Shown: one piece after another, positions 10,387-19,902 of the stretch
How positions within the stretch are numbered: position 1 is the first letter of the stretch
Layout: each line of letters begins with the position of its first letter
Source of the DNA: Parvicellaceae bacterium
GTDB taxonomy: Bacteria; Bacteroidota; Bacteroidia; Flavobacteriales_D; Parvicellaceae
NCBI GenBank assembly: GCA_045561415.1
Contig: JBJKXU010000038.1
Location: forward strand, 3,003-67,002
Direction: 5' to 3'
Length of the DNA: 64,000 bases
Notes under the pieces: generated by a model
What the model was told of the DNA's origin: nothing
What the model saw: only the letters and a program-made list of their open reading frames with translations
Databases searched by the model: none
Position numbers and translations under genes: made by a program

Positions 10387-10769
10387 ATTTATCAGACAAC
10401 CTTTTTATAAAAGAAGGGAAAAACACTCCTAAAGTTTCTGGCAACAGAAATATCAATGAACTTATTTTTAAAGGAAATTCATATCCTGAGAATGTGTTAC
10501 AATTTTACACCCCTATTTTAAACTGGATTGAAGAGCTAAAGAAAGACAATGATGAAATAACTATAGATTGTCAATTTTACTACATCGCTTCTTCGAGTGT
10601 AATTGCGTTTCTTAAGCTTCTTCAAAAAGTAGAATCTTTATACAAAAAAGAAAACATCAAATTCATATGGAAATATGAAGAGGGAGATGATGACATCAAA
10701 AAAATAGGACAAGATTATTCTACAATTCTTGACACTCCTATAGAAATAATTGAAGTTGAAGAAACTTAA
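10383..10769 (+). CDS. DUF1987 / SiaC-family regulatory phosphoprotein
   Basis: GNSYPENVLQFYTPILNWIEEL, CQFYYIASSSVIAFLKLL and FIWKYEEGDDDIKKIGQDY follow the DUF1987 consensus. Length is 128 aa. Confidence 0.75.
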   Translation: MNLSDNLFIKEGKNTPKVSGNRNINELIFKGNSYPENVLQFYTPILNWIEELKKDNDEITIDCQFYYIASSSVIAFLKLLQKVESLYKKENIKFIWKYEEGDDDIKKIGQDYSTILDTPIEIIEVEET

Positions 10770-10771
10770 AA

Positions 10772-13036
10772 TTAGCTTTCAGCACTTATTAAATTCAATG
10801 CTGATCCTGCCTTAAACCATTCTATTTGCTGTTCATTAAAAGTATGATTTAACTTAATTGTTTCATTTTTTCCATTGGCATGACACAACTCTAAATGAAT
10901 GGGTTTTTTTGGACTAAAAGCAGCTAAATCAACAAAATTAAACGTATCATCTTCAAGAATCTTATCATAATCAGACTCATTATCAAAAGTCAATCCCAAC
11001 ATTCCTTGTTTCTTCAAATTAGTTTCATGGATTCTTGCAAATGATTTAACAACAACAGCTCTTACCCCTAAATGTCTTGGTTCCATAGCAGCATGCTCTC
11101 TTGAAGAACCTTCGCCATAATTATGATCACCAACAACAATAGAGGAGATTCCAGCTGCTTTATATGCTCTAGCGACTGCAGGTACTTCTCCAATATCCCC
11201 AGTAAGCTGATTCACCACCTGATTTGCCAATCCTGAATAAGCATTTATTGCACCTATTAAGCAGTTATTTGAGATATTATCTAGATGCCCTCGATACCTT
11301 AACCATGGACCAGCCATTGATATGTGATCAGTAGTACATTTTCCTTGAGCCTTAATCAATAGCTTCATATCTCTAATATTCTCACCGTCCCATGGCTTAA
11401 AAGGGGTTAATAGCTGCAACCTATCTGACGATGGATCAACAACTACTTTAACTGACGAACCATCCTCTGCAGGAGCTTGATAGCCGTTATCTTCAACAGC
11501 AAAACCTTTTTCAGGAAGTTCATAGCCAGTAGGAATAGCTAATTTAATTTTCTCTCCAGACTCATTGACCAAAGTATCTACAATAGGATTGAAATCAAGT
11601 TTTCCAGAAATCGCAATAGCTGCTACCATTTCGGGAGATGTTACAAATGCCATAGTATTAGGATTTCCATCAGCACGCTTTCTAAAGTTTCTATTAAAGG
11701 AATGAACAATAGAATTTTTCTCTTGCTTTTCTGCACCTGGACGATCCCATTGACCAATACATGGACCACAAGCATTGGTAAATATTCGTACAGACTCAAA
11801 CTTATTAAAAGTAGCCATAAGCCCATCTCTTTCAGCAGTATATCTTACTTGTTCTGAACCGGGGTTAATACCTAAAATAGCTTTTGGCTTAACTCCCTTA
11901 CTAAAAGCATCTTCTACAATAGAAGCGGCCCTAGTTAAATCTTCATAGGATGAATTAGTACATGAACCAATTAAAGCCCATTCAATATCAGTTGGCCAAT
12001 CGTTTGATTTAGCAGCAGATTTCATCTCAGCTACAGGAGTTGCTAAATCTGGAGTAAATGGTCCATTTAAATGTGGCGTAAGCTCAGTAAGGTTAATTTC
12101 TATAACCTGATCAAAATATTTTTCTGGGTTTTCATATACCTCTTTATCACCAGTAAGGTGCTCTGCTATATTATCTGCTAATTTAACCACCTCAGCTCTA
12201 CCAGTTGCATTTAAATACCTTCGCATGGAATCATCGTAACCAAAAGTTGATGTTGTTGCACCAATTTCAGCACCCATATTACATATAGTGCCTTTTCCAG
12301 TACATGACATAGATGATGCCCCTTCACCAAAATATTCTACAATACAACCCGTACCACCTTTAGCGGTTAAAATACCTGCTACTTTAAGAATAACATCTTT
12401 TGGGGCTGTCCATCCATTTAGCTTTCCAGTTAATTTAACTCCAATAAGTTTAGGAAACTTCAATTCCCAAGCCATACCGGCCATAACATCAACAGCATCT
12501 GCCCCACCAACTCCAATAGCAACCATGCCTAACCCACCAGCATTAACAGTATGAGAATCAGTTCCAATCATCATACCACCTGGAAATGCATAATTCTCTA
12601 AAACAACTTGATGAATGATACCTGCACCTGGCTTCCAAAAACCGATGCCATATTTATCACATACAGAGCTTAAAAAATTAAATACCTCATTATTTTTGTT
12701 GATTCCATCTTGCAAATCTTTATCTGCTCCTATTCTTGCCTGAATAAGATGATCTGCATGAGCAGTAGAGGGAACAGCAACTTTAGCTTTACCCGCCTGC
12801 ATGAATTGCAACAAAGCCATCTGTGCGGTTGCATCTTGCATAGCAACTCTATCGGGAGCAAAATCTACATAAGACTCTCCTCTTTTAAAAATCTTATCAG
12901 CTGAACCATCCCACAAATGAGTATATAGAATTTTTTCAGATAGTGTTAAAGGAGAATCAATCAATTTTCTTATTGCATTAATTCTTTGCGGGTACATGTC
13001 GTACACCTTTTTTATCATATCTAAATCAAAAACCAT
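10772..13036 (-). CDS. acnA: Aconitate hydratase (monofunctional, mitochondrial-like, 754 aa)
   Basis: Carries the Fe-S ligand motifs [19 protein letters not shown] and [10 protein letters not shown]. Confidence 0.95.
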   Translation of the reverse strand: MVFDLDMIKKVYDMYPQRINAIRKLIDSPLTLSEKILYTHLWDGSADKIFKRGESYVDFAPDRVAMQDATAQMALLQFMQAGKAKVAVPSTAHADHLIQARIGADKDLQDGINKNNEVFNFLSSVCDKYGIGFWKPGAGIIHQVVLENYAFPGGMMIGTDSHTVNAGGLGMVAIGVGGADAVDVMAGMAWELKFPKLIGVKLTGKLNGWTAPKDVILKVAGILTAKGGTGCIVEYFGEGASSMSCTGKGTICNMGAEIGATTSTFGYDDSMRRYLNATGRAEVVKLADNIAEHLTGDKEVYENPEKYFDQVIEINLTELTPHLNGPFTPDLATPVAEMKSAAKSNDWPTDIEWALIGSCTNSSYEDLTRAASIVEDAFSKGVKPKAILGINPGSEQVRYTAERDGLMATFNKFESVRIFTNACGPCIGQWDRPGAEKQEKNSIVHSFNRNFRKRADGNPNTMAFVTSPEMVAAIAISGKLDFNPIVDTLVNESGEKIKLAIPTGYELPEKGFAVEDNGYQAPAEDGSSVKVVVDPSSDRLQLLTPFKPWDGENIRDMKLLIKAQGKCTTDHISMAGPWLRYRGHLDNISNNCLIGAINAYSGLANQVVNQLTGDIGEVPAVARAYKAAGISSIVVGDHNYGEGSSREHAAMEPRHLGVRAVVVKSFARIHETNLKKQGMLGLTFDNESDYDKILEDDTFNFVDLAAFSPKKPIHLELCHANGKNETIKLNHTFNEQQIEWFKAGSALNLISAES

Positions 13037-13123
13037 ATTTACTATTTTAATGTTTTAACAACTAATAAGGGTAGCGAATTTAACAAATGAACAGATGAAA
13101 TAAAAATAAATCTCAATCAGAAA

Positions 13124-13819
13124 CTACAAAATAGCCTTTATTTCTAAAAGGTGAGAAACATCACCTAAAAGATTAAAGTCATGCATTTTACCATTAGGGT
13201 TAAAATAAATAGCTTTCATCTTAAAATCAACAGCACCTTGAATATCTGTATTTAGATCATCGCCTATCATCACCGATTCAGCTCTTTGTGCACCTGACTT
13301 TTTCAATGCATAATCGAATATTTCAGTTTTTGGTTTTTTACACCCTGCAGCTTCTGAAGTGATAATTTCATTGAAATAAGAATTAATTTGGCTATTTAGC
13401 AACTTTTTATGCTGAACTTCTTCAAAACCATTTGTAATAATATGTAGCTCATATTTAGCGTTTAGATAATCTAACAGCTCTAAACAACCCTCAATAAGCG
13501 CTGTTCTATTAGGTGAATTAGCAATGTAATCCAATCCAATGTTTTCAGCAAGCTCATCATTGGCAATACCAAAATAATCTAATGTTTCTAAAAATCTTAA
13601 ACTTCTAAGCTCCTGCTTAGTAAGCTTATTTTCTCTGTAAAGCGCCCAACACTGATCATTGATGTTTTTATATATTTTGATAAACTCGTCAACTAAAGAG
13701 ATTCCTTTTTGCTGAAGCTGGTATTTAGTAAATAAATAGGTCAGCTCAGCAGTAGAATTCTTTTCAAAATCCCATAAGGTTCTATCTAAATCTAAAAAAA
13801 TATGTTTGAAATTATGCAA
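13124..13819 (-). CDS. yjjG: HAD-family noncanonical pyrimidine nucleotidase (YjjG-like)
   Basis: Contains the HAD motifs IFLDLDRTLWDF, ITNG and IGDDLNTDIQGA. The start is a TTG placed directly after the upstream stop codon (TAATTG). Confidence 0.7.
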   Translation of the reverse strand: MHNFKHIFLDLDRTLWDFEKNSTAELTYLFTKYQLQQKGISLVDEFIKIYKNINDQCWALYRENKLTKQELRSLRFLETLDYFGIANDELAENIGLDYIANSPNRTALIEGCLELLDYLNAKYELHIITNGFEEVQHKKLLNSQINSYFNEIITSEAAGCKKPKTEIFDYALKKSGAQRAESVMIGDDLNTDIQGAVDFKMKAIYFNPNGKMHDFNLLGDVSHLLEIKAIL

Positions 13820-14290
13820 TTAAAAAAGATTGAAAACTAGGTCATTAATAAAGGTTAATAAAAAAGAAGTTGCAATAAGTAAGGTAGTAACAAAATAATA
13901 AGCCTTTGGTCTATCTCCATAAAATTTAGCAACAACAATCGTTCCTATTGGAATAGAAAGAAACAAAGGAGCAAGTAAACAAATTAAAAAAAAGCCTTTT
14001 TTAGAACGTTTAATTTTAATAATCCACTTGTTTTTTTTTGAAAAAATTTTCTTCGGTTTTTTATTTGACTTAGTATTTCTTCTCACCCTATTTTGATGAG
14101 CGAAAAGCATAATCTTATTGGAAAGAAAAAAAACAACATTAAAACAAAATAGCGCCCCTAAAACAATAGGAATGAAAATTTCAAAAAATGAAAGCTGAGC
14201 CATTGTAGCATAAGCAATTGAAGCTGCAAACAAGAACTTCACTTGAGCTAAACCAAAAATAATTACGTAATTCCTCCAAGCCATAATCAT
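13820..14290 (-). CDS. Small membrane protein with a polybasic loop, unknown function
   Basis: Four predicted TM segments flank the loop NRVRRNTKSNKKPKKIFSKKNKWIIKIKRSKKG. Its start overlaps the upp stop by 1 nt (TAATG). Confidence 0.5.
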   Translation of the reverse strand: MIMAWRNYVIIFGLAQVKFLFAASIAYATMAQLSFFEIFIPIVLGALFCFNVVFFLSNKIMLFAHQNRVRRNTKSNKKPKKIFSKKNKWIIKIKRSKKGFFLICLLAPLFLSIPIGTIVVAKFYGDRPKAYYFVTTLLIATSFLLTFINDLVFNLF

Positions 14291-14943
14291 TAATCTTCTT
14301 TGGGACCAAAAGCTAAATCACCAGCATCTCCTAAACCAGGAACAATGTAACTCTCGGGAGTCATTTTATCATCAATTGCACCCACCCATAAACACGAATC
14401 CTTTGGAAGGTTGTTTGCCAAAAAATCTACCCCTTCTCTACTAGCAATAACACAAACAACATGTAACTTTCTTGGATTACCTTTTTTCAAAAGCGCTTTA
14501 TAAGCCAAAACCATTGATTTGCCAGAAGCTAACATGGGATCATTTAAAATAACGGTTTTATTTTCCAATTTAGGACTGGCCATGTACTCAATCTCCACTT
14601 CAAAATCTTGTTTTGAAGTATGCTTTCTATATGCTGAAATATAACAATTATCAGCACCATCAAAATAATTAAGCAAACCTTGGTGAAGAGGCAATCCTGC
14701 ACGTAAGACAGTAGCTAAAACAGGTTGATCCTCAAATAAATTTGTAGAAGCAACACCCAATGGAGTTTTCACATCTACAGCTTGGTAGTTCATCGTCTTA
14801 CTTATTTCATAGGCAGACAATTCCCCTAAGCGTTCTAAGTTTCTTCTAAAACGCATTCTATCATTTTGAATATTCACATTTCTAAGCTCACTTAAAAATT
14901 GGTTATAAATTGAAAACTGATCACTAAAATTATATATCTCCAT
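14290..14943 (-). CDS. upp: Uracil phosphoribosyltransferase
   Basis: VLRAGLPL, the PRPP loop LNDPMLASGKSMV and the C-terminal PGLGDAGDLAFG are present. Confidence 0.95.
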   Translation of the reverse strand: MEIYNFSDQFSIYNQFLSELRNVNIQNDRMRFRRNLERLGELSAYEISKTMNYQAVDVKTPLGVASTNLFEDQPVLATVLRAGLPLHQGLLNYFDGADNCYISAYRKHTSKQDFEVEIEYMASPKLENKTVILNDPMLASGKSMVLAYKALLKKGNPRKLHVVCVIASREGVDFLANNLPKDSCLWVGAIDDKMTPESYIVPGLGDAGDLAFGPKED

Positions 14944-15866
14944 TACAACAATTTGTCTTTAATTTTTTTTACTCCTTTAACAAATTTAGGGAGATTATTT
15001 ATTTCATACTCATAATAAACAGCATCGCTTGCCCCAAACTTTTTATAAAATGCAGCAATTCCTTCAACATTTGAACCACCGAAATCGAATATAAACTTTT
15101 TCCCAGCATAAAGGTGTATTAGCTGATCAAAAGCAAAATACATAGCTCCGAATTTTTTACCTTTTTCATTTAACGCTCCTTTTAAATAATTAATTATATT
15201 ATTATGAAAATAAAACGCAGCATAACCTAAAACATCAGCTTGATCATATATGGCATAAATTATCAATTTCTCTCTTTTTAGCCCTTCATTTAAAAGCGTT
15301 TCTAGGTTTTGATAATTACTGGCATTATAACCAATATTGTCTCCAACCTGATGTTTAAACAAAGAAATAAATGCAGCTACATCATTAGTTTTAACAAGCT
15401 TTAAATGCTTATTTTTTTTTAGTAAGCGCTTAGCGTTAGTTGAGTAATTGGCATGTATCGATTCATAATCATTACCTAAATCGAGTTGCTGGAAGCTTAA
15501 GGCCTTAAGATGATCTTTAAATGCTGAATATTTTTCAGGAAGATTAATTCTTATCCATTTTGATTGTTTTTTTAAACGGTTGAAAACAGCTGCTTCAAAA
15601 GATGCATCAGATTTACCTAGGAAAGAAAAACACCTAGAAAAAAATGGTTGATAGATTAAGCTATAACCGCCTTTTTTTTGCGTTGAAAAAACAAAAGCAG
15701 CTTCATAATCTCCCTTAACAAAAACTTGCCAAGACTTGCATATTGAATTGAGAAACCAAATCTCTTGATATTGTGTGAAAATTGATGGAGAAGAACTTAG
15801 CATTTGTGACCATTTCAACTCGTCAATATCTTGAGAATTTATAAGCCTAATACCAACTTGATCCAT
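14943..15866 (-). CDS. FemAB-like / GNAT-fold acyltransferase family protein
   Basis: About 307 aa. The C-terminal GKKFIFDFGGSNVEGIAAFYKKFGA resembles the BioF2-like/FemAB acetyltransferase family. The call is tentative. Confidence 0.5.
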   Translation of the reverse strand: MDQVGIRLINSQDIDELKWSQMLSSSPSIFTQYQEIWFLNSICKSWQVFVKGDYEAAFVFSTQKKGGYSLIYQPFFSRCFSFLGKSDASFEAAVFNRLKKQSKWIRINLPEKYSAFKDHLKALSFQQLDLGNDYESIHANYSTNAKRLLKKNKHLKLVKTNDVAAFISLFKHQVGDNIGYNASNYQNLETLLNEGLKREKLIIYAIYDQADVLGYAAFYFHNNIINYLKGALNEKGKKFGAMYFAFDQLIHLYAGKKFIFDFGGSNVEGIAAFYKKFGASDAVYYEYEINNLPKFVKGVKKIKDKLL

Positions 15867-15871
15867 AATAA

Positions 15872-17012
15872 TTAATTTAACTTTTTCACCAGCTCATCTA
15901 CTATAAATTCAGCCGCCTTACCATCACCAAAAACTGGAGGAAACGACAGCTCTTTGGAAGAGAGAAATTCATTAACAGCACCAACAATTTTTTCTTGATC
16001 CGCATCAGCGATAACAGCACTTCCCGTCTCAACAATCTCAATCCACTCTGTTTGAGGTCTTAATATCACACAAGGCTTTTTGAAAAAATAGGCTTCTTTT
16101 TGAACACCCCCACTATCAGTAATAACTATTCTGCAATTTTTCTCTAATGCGATAATATCTAAAAATGAAGTAGGCGGAATAATTCTAATTAGCTCACAGG
16201 CTGCTATTTGATCCAAAAGATTCTTGCTTAATAGCTTTTTCATCATTTTTGAGGTTCTAGGATGTAAAGGCAAGACAATAGGAAGCTGATGTTTTTCAAC
16301 GATATCAAGAAAAGAAAGAAATATTGTAGTTAAGTTTTCTACAACATCTGTATTGTCGTTTCTATGAACAGTAGATAAAATAAATTCATTAGGGACTAAT
16401 CCTAAATCGTTAATAAGAGAAGATCCATTGTCACTAACTTTGGAAAAATAAATGCTATTATCATACATAACATCTCCACAATGATAAATTTTCGGATGAT
16501 CTAAGTCTACCTCACCATTGTAATTGGGGTCAAAACCCTCGTTAATTAAGTTATTCAAAACCTGTTGTTGTAGGGCAGAAAAGTAGAGAAGAAACATGAT
16601 CACACATTATTCGATTAATTTCTTCAGGCATTTTCTTATTAAAAGACCTAAGCCCTGCTTCTATGTGTGCTATTGGGACATGAATTTTAGCTGCAGCTAT
16701 TGCAGTAGCAAGAGTAGAATTAGTATCTCCATAAACAACAACAGCGTCAGGCTTTTCAGCCAATAAAACTTCTTCAATTTTATGAATCATTATTGCTGTC
16801 TGCTGTCCATGACTACCAGAACCTACTTTAAGGTTTATATGCGGTTTAGGAATACCTAATTCTCTAAAAAAAACTTCAGACATGTTATCATCATAATGCT
16901 GCCCTGTATGAACAATAACCTCATCAATGTTTTCATTATTTGAAATGGCCCTAGATAAAGCAGCCGCTTTAATTATTTGCGGTCTTGCCCCTACGATGGT
17001 AACAATCTTCAT
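15872..17012 (-). pseudogene. wecB: UDP-N-acetylglucosamine 2-epimerase (non-hydrolysing), reading frame disrupted
   Basis: The N-terminal ORF ([19 protein letters not shown]...[23 protein letters not shown]) and the C-terminal ORF (...[10 protein letters not shown]...HPRT...ITDSGGVQKEAYFF...) are colinear with WecB. They lie in different frames and overlap at 16551-16603. Confidence 0.85.
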
Positions 17013-17105
17013 TTTATATAATTAATAGGAAAATAATTTAAGCTAAAATAATCATAATCTATTATTTAGCAGCTTAGAAAGTTTAGTAATAACTAAAAAA
17101 TAAAC

Positions 17106-17137
17106 AAAAAAAAAGCCCTGAAAAATCAGAGCTTTTT
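17106..17137 (-). terminator. Intrinsic terminator downstream of rpsT
   Basis: The minus strand reads AGCTCTGA-TTTT-TCAGGGCT (one mismatch) followed by a T9 run. Confidence 0.6.
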
Positions 17138-17157
17138 ACAAAATTCAAACTGTTAAT

Positions 17158-17409
17158 TTAAAGTGAATTAACGTGTTTAGTAAGTTTAGACTTAAGGTTT
17201 GAGGCTTTTCTTCTGTGAATAATGTTACGCTTAGCAAGCTTATCCAATAATGAACTCACATAAGGTAAAAGCTTAACCGCTTCTTTTTTGTCAGTAAGTT
17301 CTCTCATTTTTTGAATAGCAGAACGAGTCGTTTTATGCCAGTATTTGTTATTCAAAGCCTTTGTCTCGTTCGATCTTATTCTTTTTAATGCAGATTTGTG
17401 ATTTGCCAT
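17158..17409 (-). CDS. rpsT: 30S ribosomal protein S20
   Basis: MANHKSALKRIR start, 83 aa, highly basic. Confidence 0.95.
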   Translation of the reverse strand: MANHKSALKRIRSNETKALNNKYWHKTTRSAIQKMRELTDKKEAVKLLPYVSSLLDKLAKRNIIHRRKASNLKSKLTKHVNSL

Positions 17410-17435
17410 AACTTTCTTTTTAATTTCTAAATCAG

Positions 17436-17507
17436 CAGCCCGTAGGGGAATCGAACCCCTGTTTCCAGGATGAAAACCTGGCGTCCTAACCCCTAGACGA
17501 ACGGGCC
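17436..17507 (-). tRNA. tRNA-Glu (anticodon UUC), 72 nt, no encoded CCA
   Basis: The reverse complement folds as a cloverleaf: GGCCCGT/ACGGGCT acceptor, GTCT/GGAC D-stem, CCAGG-TTTTCAT-CCTGG anticodon arm with TTC, and AGGGG-TTCGATT-CCCCT T-arm. Confidence 0.9.
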
Positions 17508-17536
17508 AATTTAATTATCTGTTTTTAAACAGAGTG

Positions 17537-17566
17537 CAAATTTAATTTTTTTTTTAATTACTCAAA
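17537..17566 (-). promoter_or_regulatory. Candidate Bacteroidota-type promoter for tRNA-Glu/rpsT
   Basis: The minus strand reads TTTG, then an 18-nt spacer containing A10, then TAAATTTG, which matches TAnnTTTG. The -7 box ends 29 nt before the tRNA 5' end. Confidence 0.4.
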
Positions 17567-17591
17567 ACAATTTTCTTTTTTTTATCCGCTA

Positions 17592-18284
17592 CTAATCTAC
17601 TTTGTCTGAGTTGGAGTTGAAAACAAATCCCAACCTTTTACCAGTTCGAATTCTAGAATCATCAATAATTTGATTGATATCTCTTACACTTACTTCTTTA
17701 ACAATATCGTAGCCCGGAACTAGCAAATCAAAATCTAGACAATAAATAATTGCAGATTGAATAATGGACTTCAGTTGGGCTTTATCTAAAGTATTAGTAG
17801 AAAAATCGTTATAAAGAAAACCTAATTGTCTTTTACCCTCAACCATGAAATGATTTTCGTAATTAACAAAAAGCCTGCCCACCAAATACCCTAAATCATT
17901 TTGTCTATTGTATTTAAAAGAATCATTAAGAAAATTATACATGTTGATGATACCGCAATACCCTCTATTTTCATTTTCCTCTAAATATTTTGTTTTCCAA
18001 AGGGCATTTTCTTTATCAAACTTAAAAACATTAGAGTGCATTTGAAAAATCAACAAATCACCAGCAAACCTAACTTTTGCCTCAAATTCGCCTGTCTCTT
18101 TATATTCAACAATTATTCTCTCATCAACAGCTGCAATTCTACTGTTTAAATCATCAGCAATTTCTTTTAAAACCTGTTTAAGAATTTTAAAGTTCAAAAT
18201 TATGTTATTAAACACGTCTTGCTTTAAAACACTCTTATCTCTGACAATATTAAACATCAGGTCCTGACTTTCTTTATGATTCAT
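17592..18284 (-). CDS. Hypothetical cytoplasmic protein (230 aa), no family recognised
   Basis: Long ORF starting 11 nt downstream of proS on the same strand. It has no signal peptide or TM segment. Confidence 0.6.
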   Translation of the reverse strand: MNHKESQDLMFNIVRDKSVLKQDVFNNIILNFKILKQVLKEIADDLNSRIAAVDERIIVEYKETGEFEAKVRFAGDLLIFQMHSNVFKFDKENALWKTKYLEENENRGYCGIINMYNFLNDSFKYNRQNDLGYLVGRLFVNYENHFMVEGKRQLGFLYNDFSTNTLDKAQLKSIIQSAIIYCLDFDLLVPGYDIVKEVSVRDINQIIDDSRIRTGKRLGFVFNSNSDKVD

Positions 18285-18295
18285 GTTAAATTATT

Positions 18296-19771
18296 TTAAT
18301 AGGCTCTTGCAAAAACCACCCTCTTGGCAGATGGCTTCCCAGAATAGACACACTTGCCTGATTCCTGCTTGGCATTTAGCAATATGCACCTAATTGTAGC
18401 TTTTGTTTTTTCTTTAATCTTAAGTTCAGAGTCTTTTGTACCGTCCCAATGGGCCAAAACAAAGCCTCCTTTTTGATCTAGGATATTTTGCAGTTCCTCA
18501 ATAGAGTCTGCTTCCGAAGTATTTTCTTTTGAAAATAGAGCAGCTTTATCGTAGAGATTTGACTGTATTTCTTCTAATAATGATACAACTGTTTCTTCTA
18601 AGTCATCTTGATTAATGGACTTCTTTTCTAAAGTATCTCTTCGAGCAACCTCAACAGTACCATTTTCTAAATCTCTAGGACCAATTGCAACTCTTAGAGG
18701 CACACCCTTCATCTCATACTCAGCAAATTTCCAACCTGGTTTTCTTTTATCGTCATTATCAAACTTTACTTTAATGTTTCTTTTTTGAAGACGATCAACC
18801 AGTAGATTAGCCACTTTTGATATTTGAGCCAATTGCTCTGAACCTTTATATATGGGAACTATTGCCACATGAATAGGAGCAAGTTTAGGTGGGAGAACTA
18901 AACCTAAATCATCTGAATGAGTCATTATTAAAGCGCCCATTAATCTTGTAGACACCCCCCAGGAGGTTGCCCAAACATGTTGTGATTTACCGTTTGAATC
19001 AGCAAAGGTCACATCAAAAGCTTTTGCAAAGTTTTGACCTAAAAAGTGAGAGGTTCCTGCTTGTAAAGCTTTCCCGTCCTGCATAAGCGCTTCAATACAA
19101 TAAGTCTCTAATGCACCTGCAAATCTTTCATTTTCAGTCTTAACGCCTTTCAAAACCGGCATAGCCATGAAATTTTCAGCAAAATCAGCATAAACATCCA
19201 ACATTTTTTCAGTTTCTTCTACAGCTTCCTGCTTAGTTGCATGAGCAGTATGACCCTCTTGCCATAAAAACTCAGCGGTTCTTAAGAATAATCTGGTTCT
19301 CATTTCCCAACGGACAACATTTGCCCATTGATTAATTAAAATTGGCAAATCCCTGTAAGATTGAATCCAATTTTTATAAGAATTCCAAATAATAGTTTCG
19401 GAGGTTGGTCTAACAACAAGCTCCTCTTCTAGTTTTGCTTCAGGATCAACAACTACTCCACTTCCATCTTCTGCATTTTTGAGTCTGTAATGGGTTACAA
19501 CTGCACATTCTTTTGCGAATCCTTCAACGTGATCAGCTTCTTTACTTAAATAAGACTTGGGAATAAATAAAGGAAAATAAGCATTTTGATGACCTGTTTC
19601 TTTAAACATTCTATCCAACTCCGCTTTCATATTCTCCCAAATAGCAAAACCATAGGGTTTAATAATCATACATCCTCTGACATCTGAATGTTCTGCTAAA
19701 TCAGCTTTACTTACAAGCTCATTGTACCAACTAGAAAAATCTTCTTCTCTTTTTTTTAAGCCTTTTGCCAT
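18296..19771 (-). CDS. proS: Proline--tRNA ligase (archaeal/eukaryotic-like type)
   Basis: The ATG at 19771 gives [20 protein letters not shown]. Class II motifs are present, including RPTSETI, along with a C-terminal ...VVFARAY ending. Length is about 491 aa. Confidence 0.95.
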   Translation of the reverse strand: MAKGLKKREEDFSSWYNELVSKADLAEHSDVRGCMIIKPYGFAIWENMKAELDRMFKETGHQNAYFPLFIPKSYLSKEADHVEGFAKECAVVTHYRLKNAEDGSGVVVDPEAKLEEELVVRPTSETIIWNSYKNWIQSYRDLPILINQWANVVRWEMRTRLFLRTAEFLWQEGHTAHATKQEAVEETEKMLDVYADFAENFMAMPVLKGVKTENERFAGALETYCIEALMQDGKALQAGTSHFLGQNFAKAFDVTFADSNGKSQHVWATSWGVSTRLMGALIMTHSDDLGLVLPPKLAPIHVAIVPIYKGSEQLAQISKVANLLVDRLQKRNIKVKFDNDDKRKPGWKFAEYEMKGVPLRVAIGPRDLENGTVEVARRDTLEKKSINQDDLEETVVSLLEEIQSNLYDKAALFSKENTSEADSIEELQNILDQKGGFVLAHWDGTKDSELKIKEKTKATIRCILLNAKQESGKCVYSGKPSAKRVVFARAY

Positions 19772-19902
19772 TTTGGTATGGTATTTGTTATTTTTTGTTA
19801 AACCGTTGAAAAACAAAATTAATATTATAAAAAAGCTTTTAACATAAAATAATTAAACTTTTTAACTTTACATTAATGTTATTCATCTCTAAAAATAATA
19901 CC

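Noticed and set aside
11641-12904. Short ORFs inside or antisense to acnA: 11641-11826(-), 12288-12554(+) and 12710-12904(+).
   Set aside because: They are fully contained in a confidently identified 754-aa aconitase gene. Their translated sequences are low-complexity or hydrophobic with no motifs.
16551-16603. Programmed ribosomal frameshifting at the wecB split, and likewise at lptG 48408-48441.
   Set aside because: I see no X XXY YYZ slippery heptamer, downstream stimulatory hairpin or prfB-like SD/stop context. A simple indel, real or artefactual, is the more economical explanation.
17436-17507. tRNA-Glu as an integration site for a mobile element.
   Set aside because: No integrase, direct repeat of the tRNA 3' end, or atypical gene content flanks it. 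The neighbours are rpsT and the proS-linked gene.
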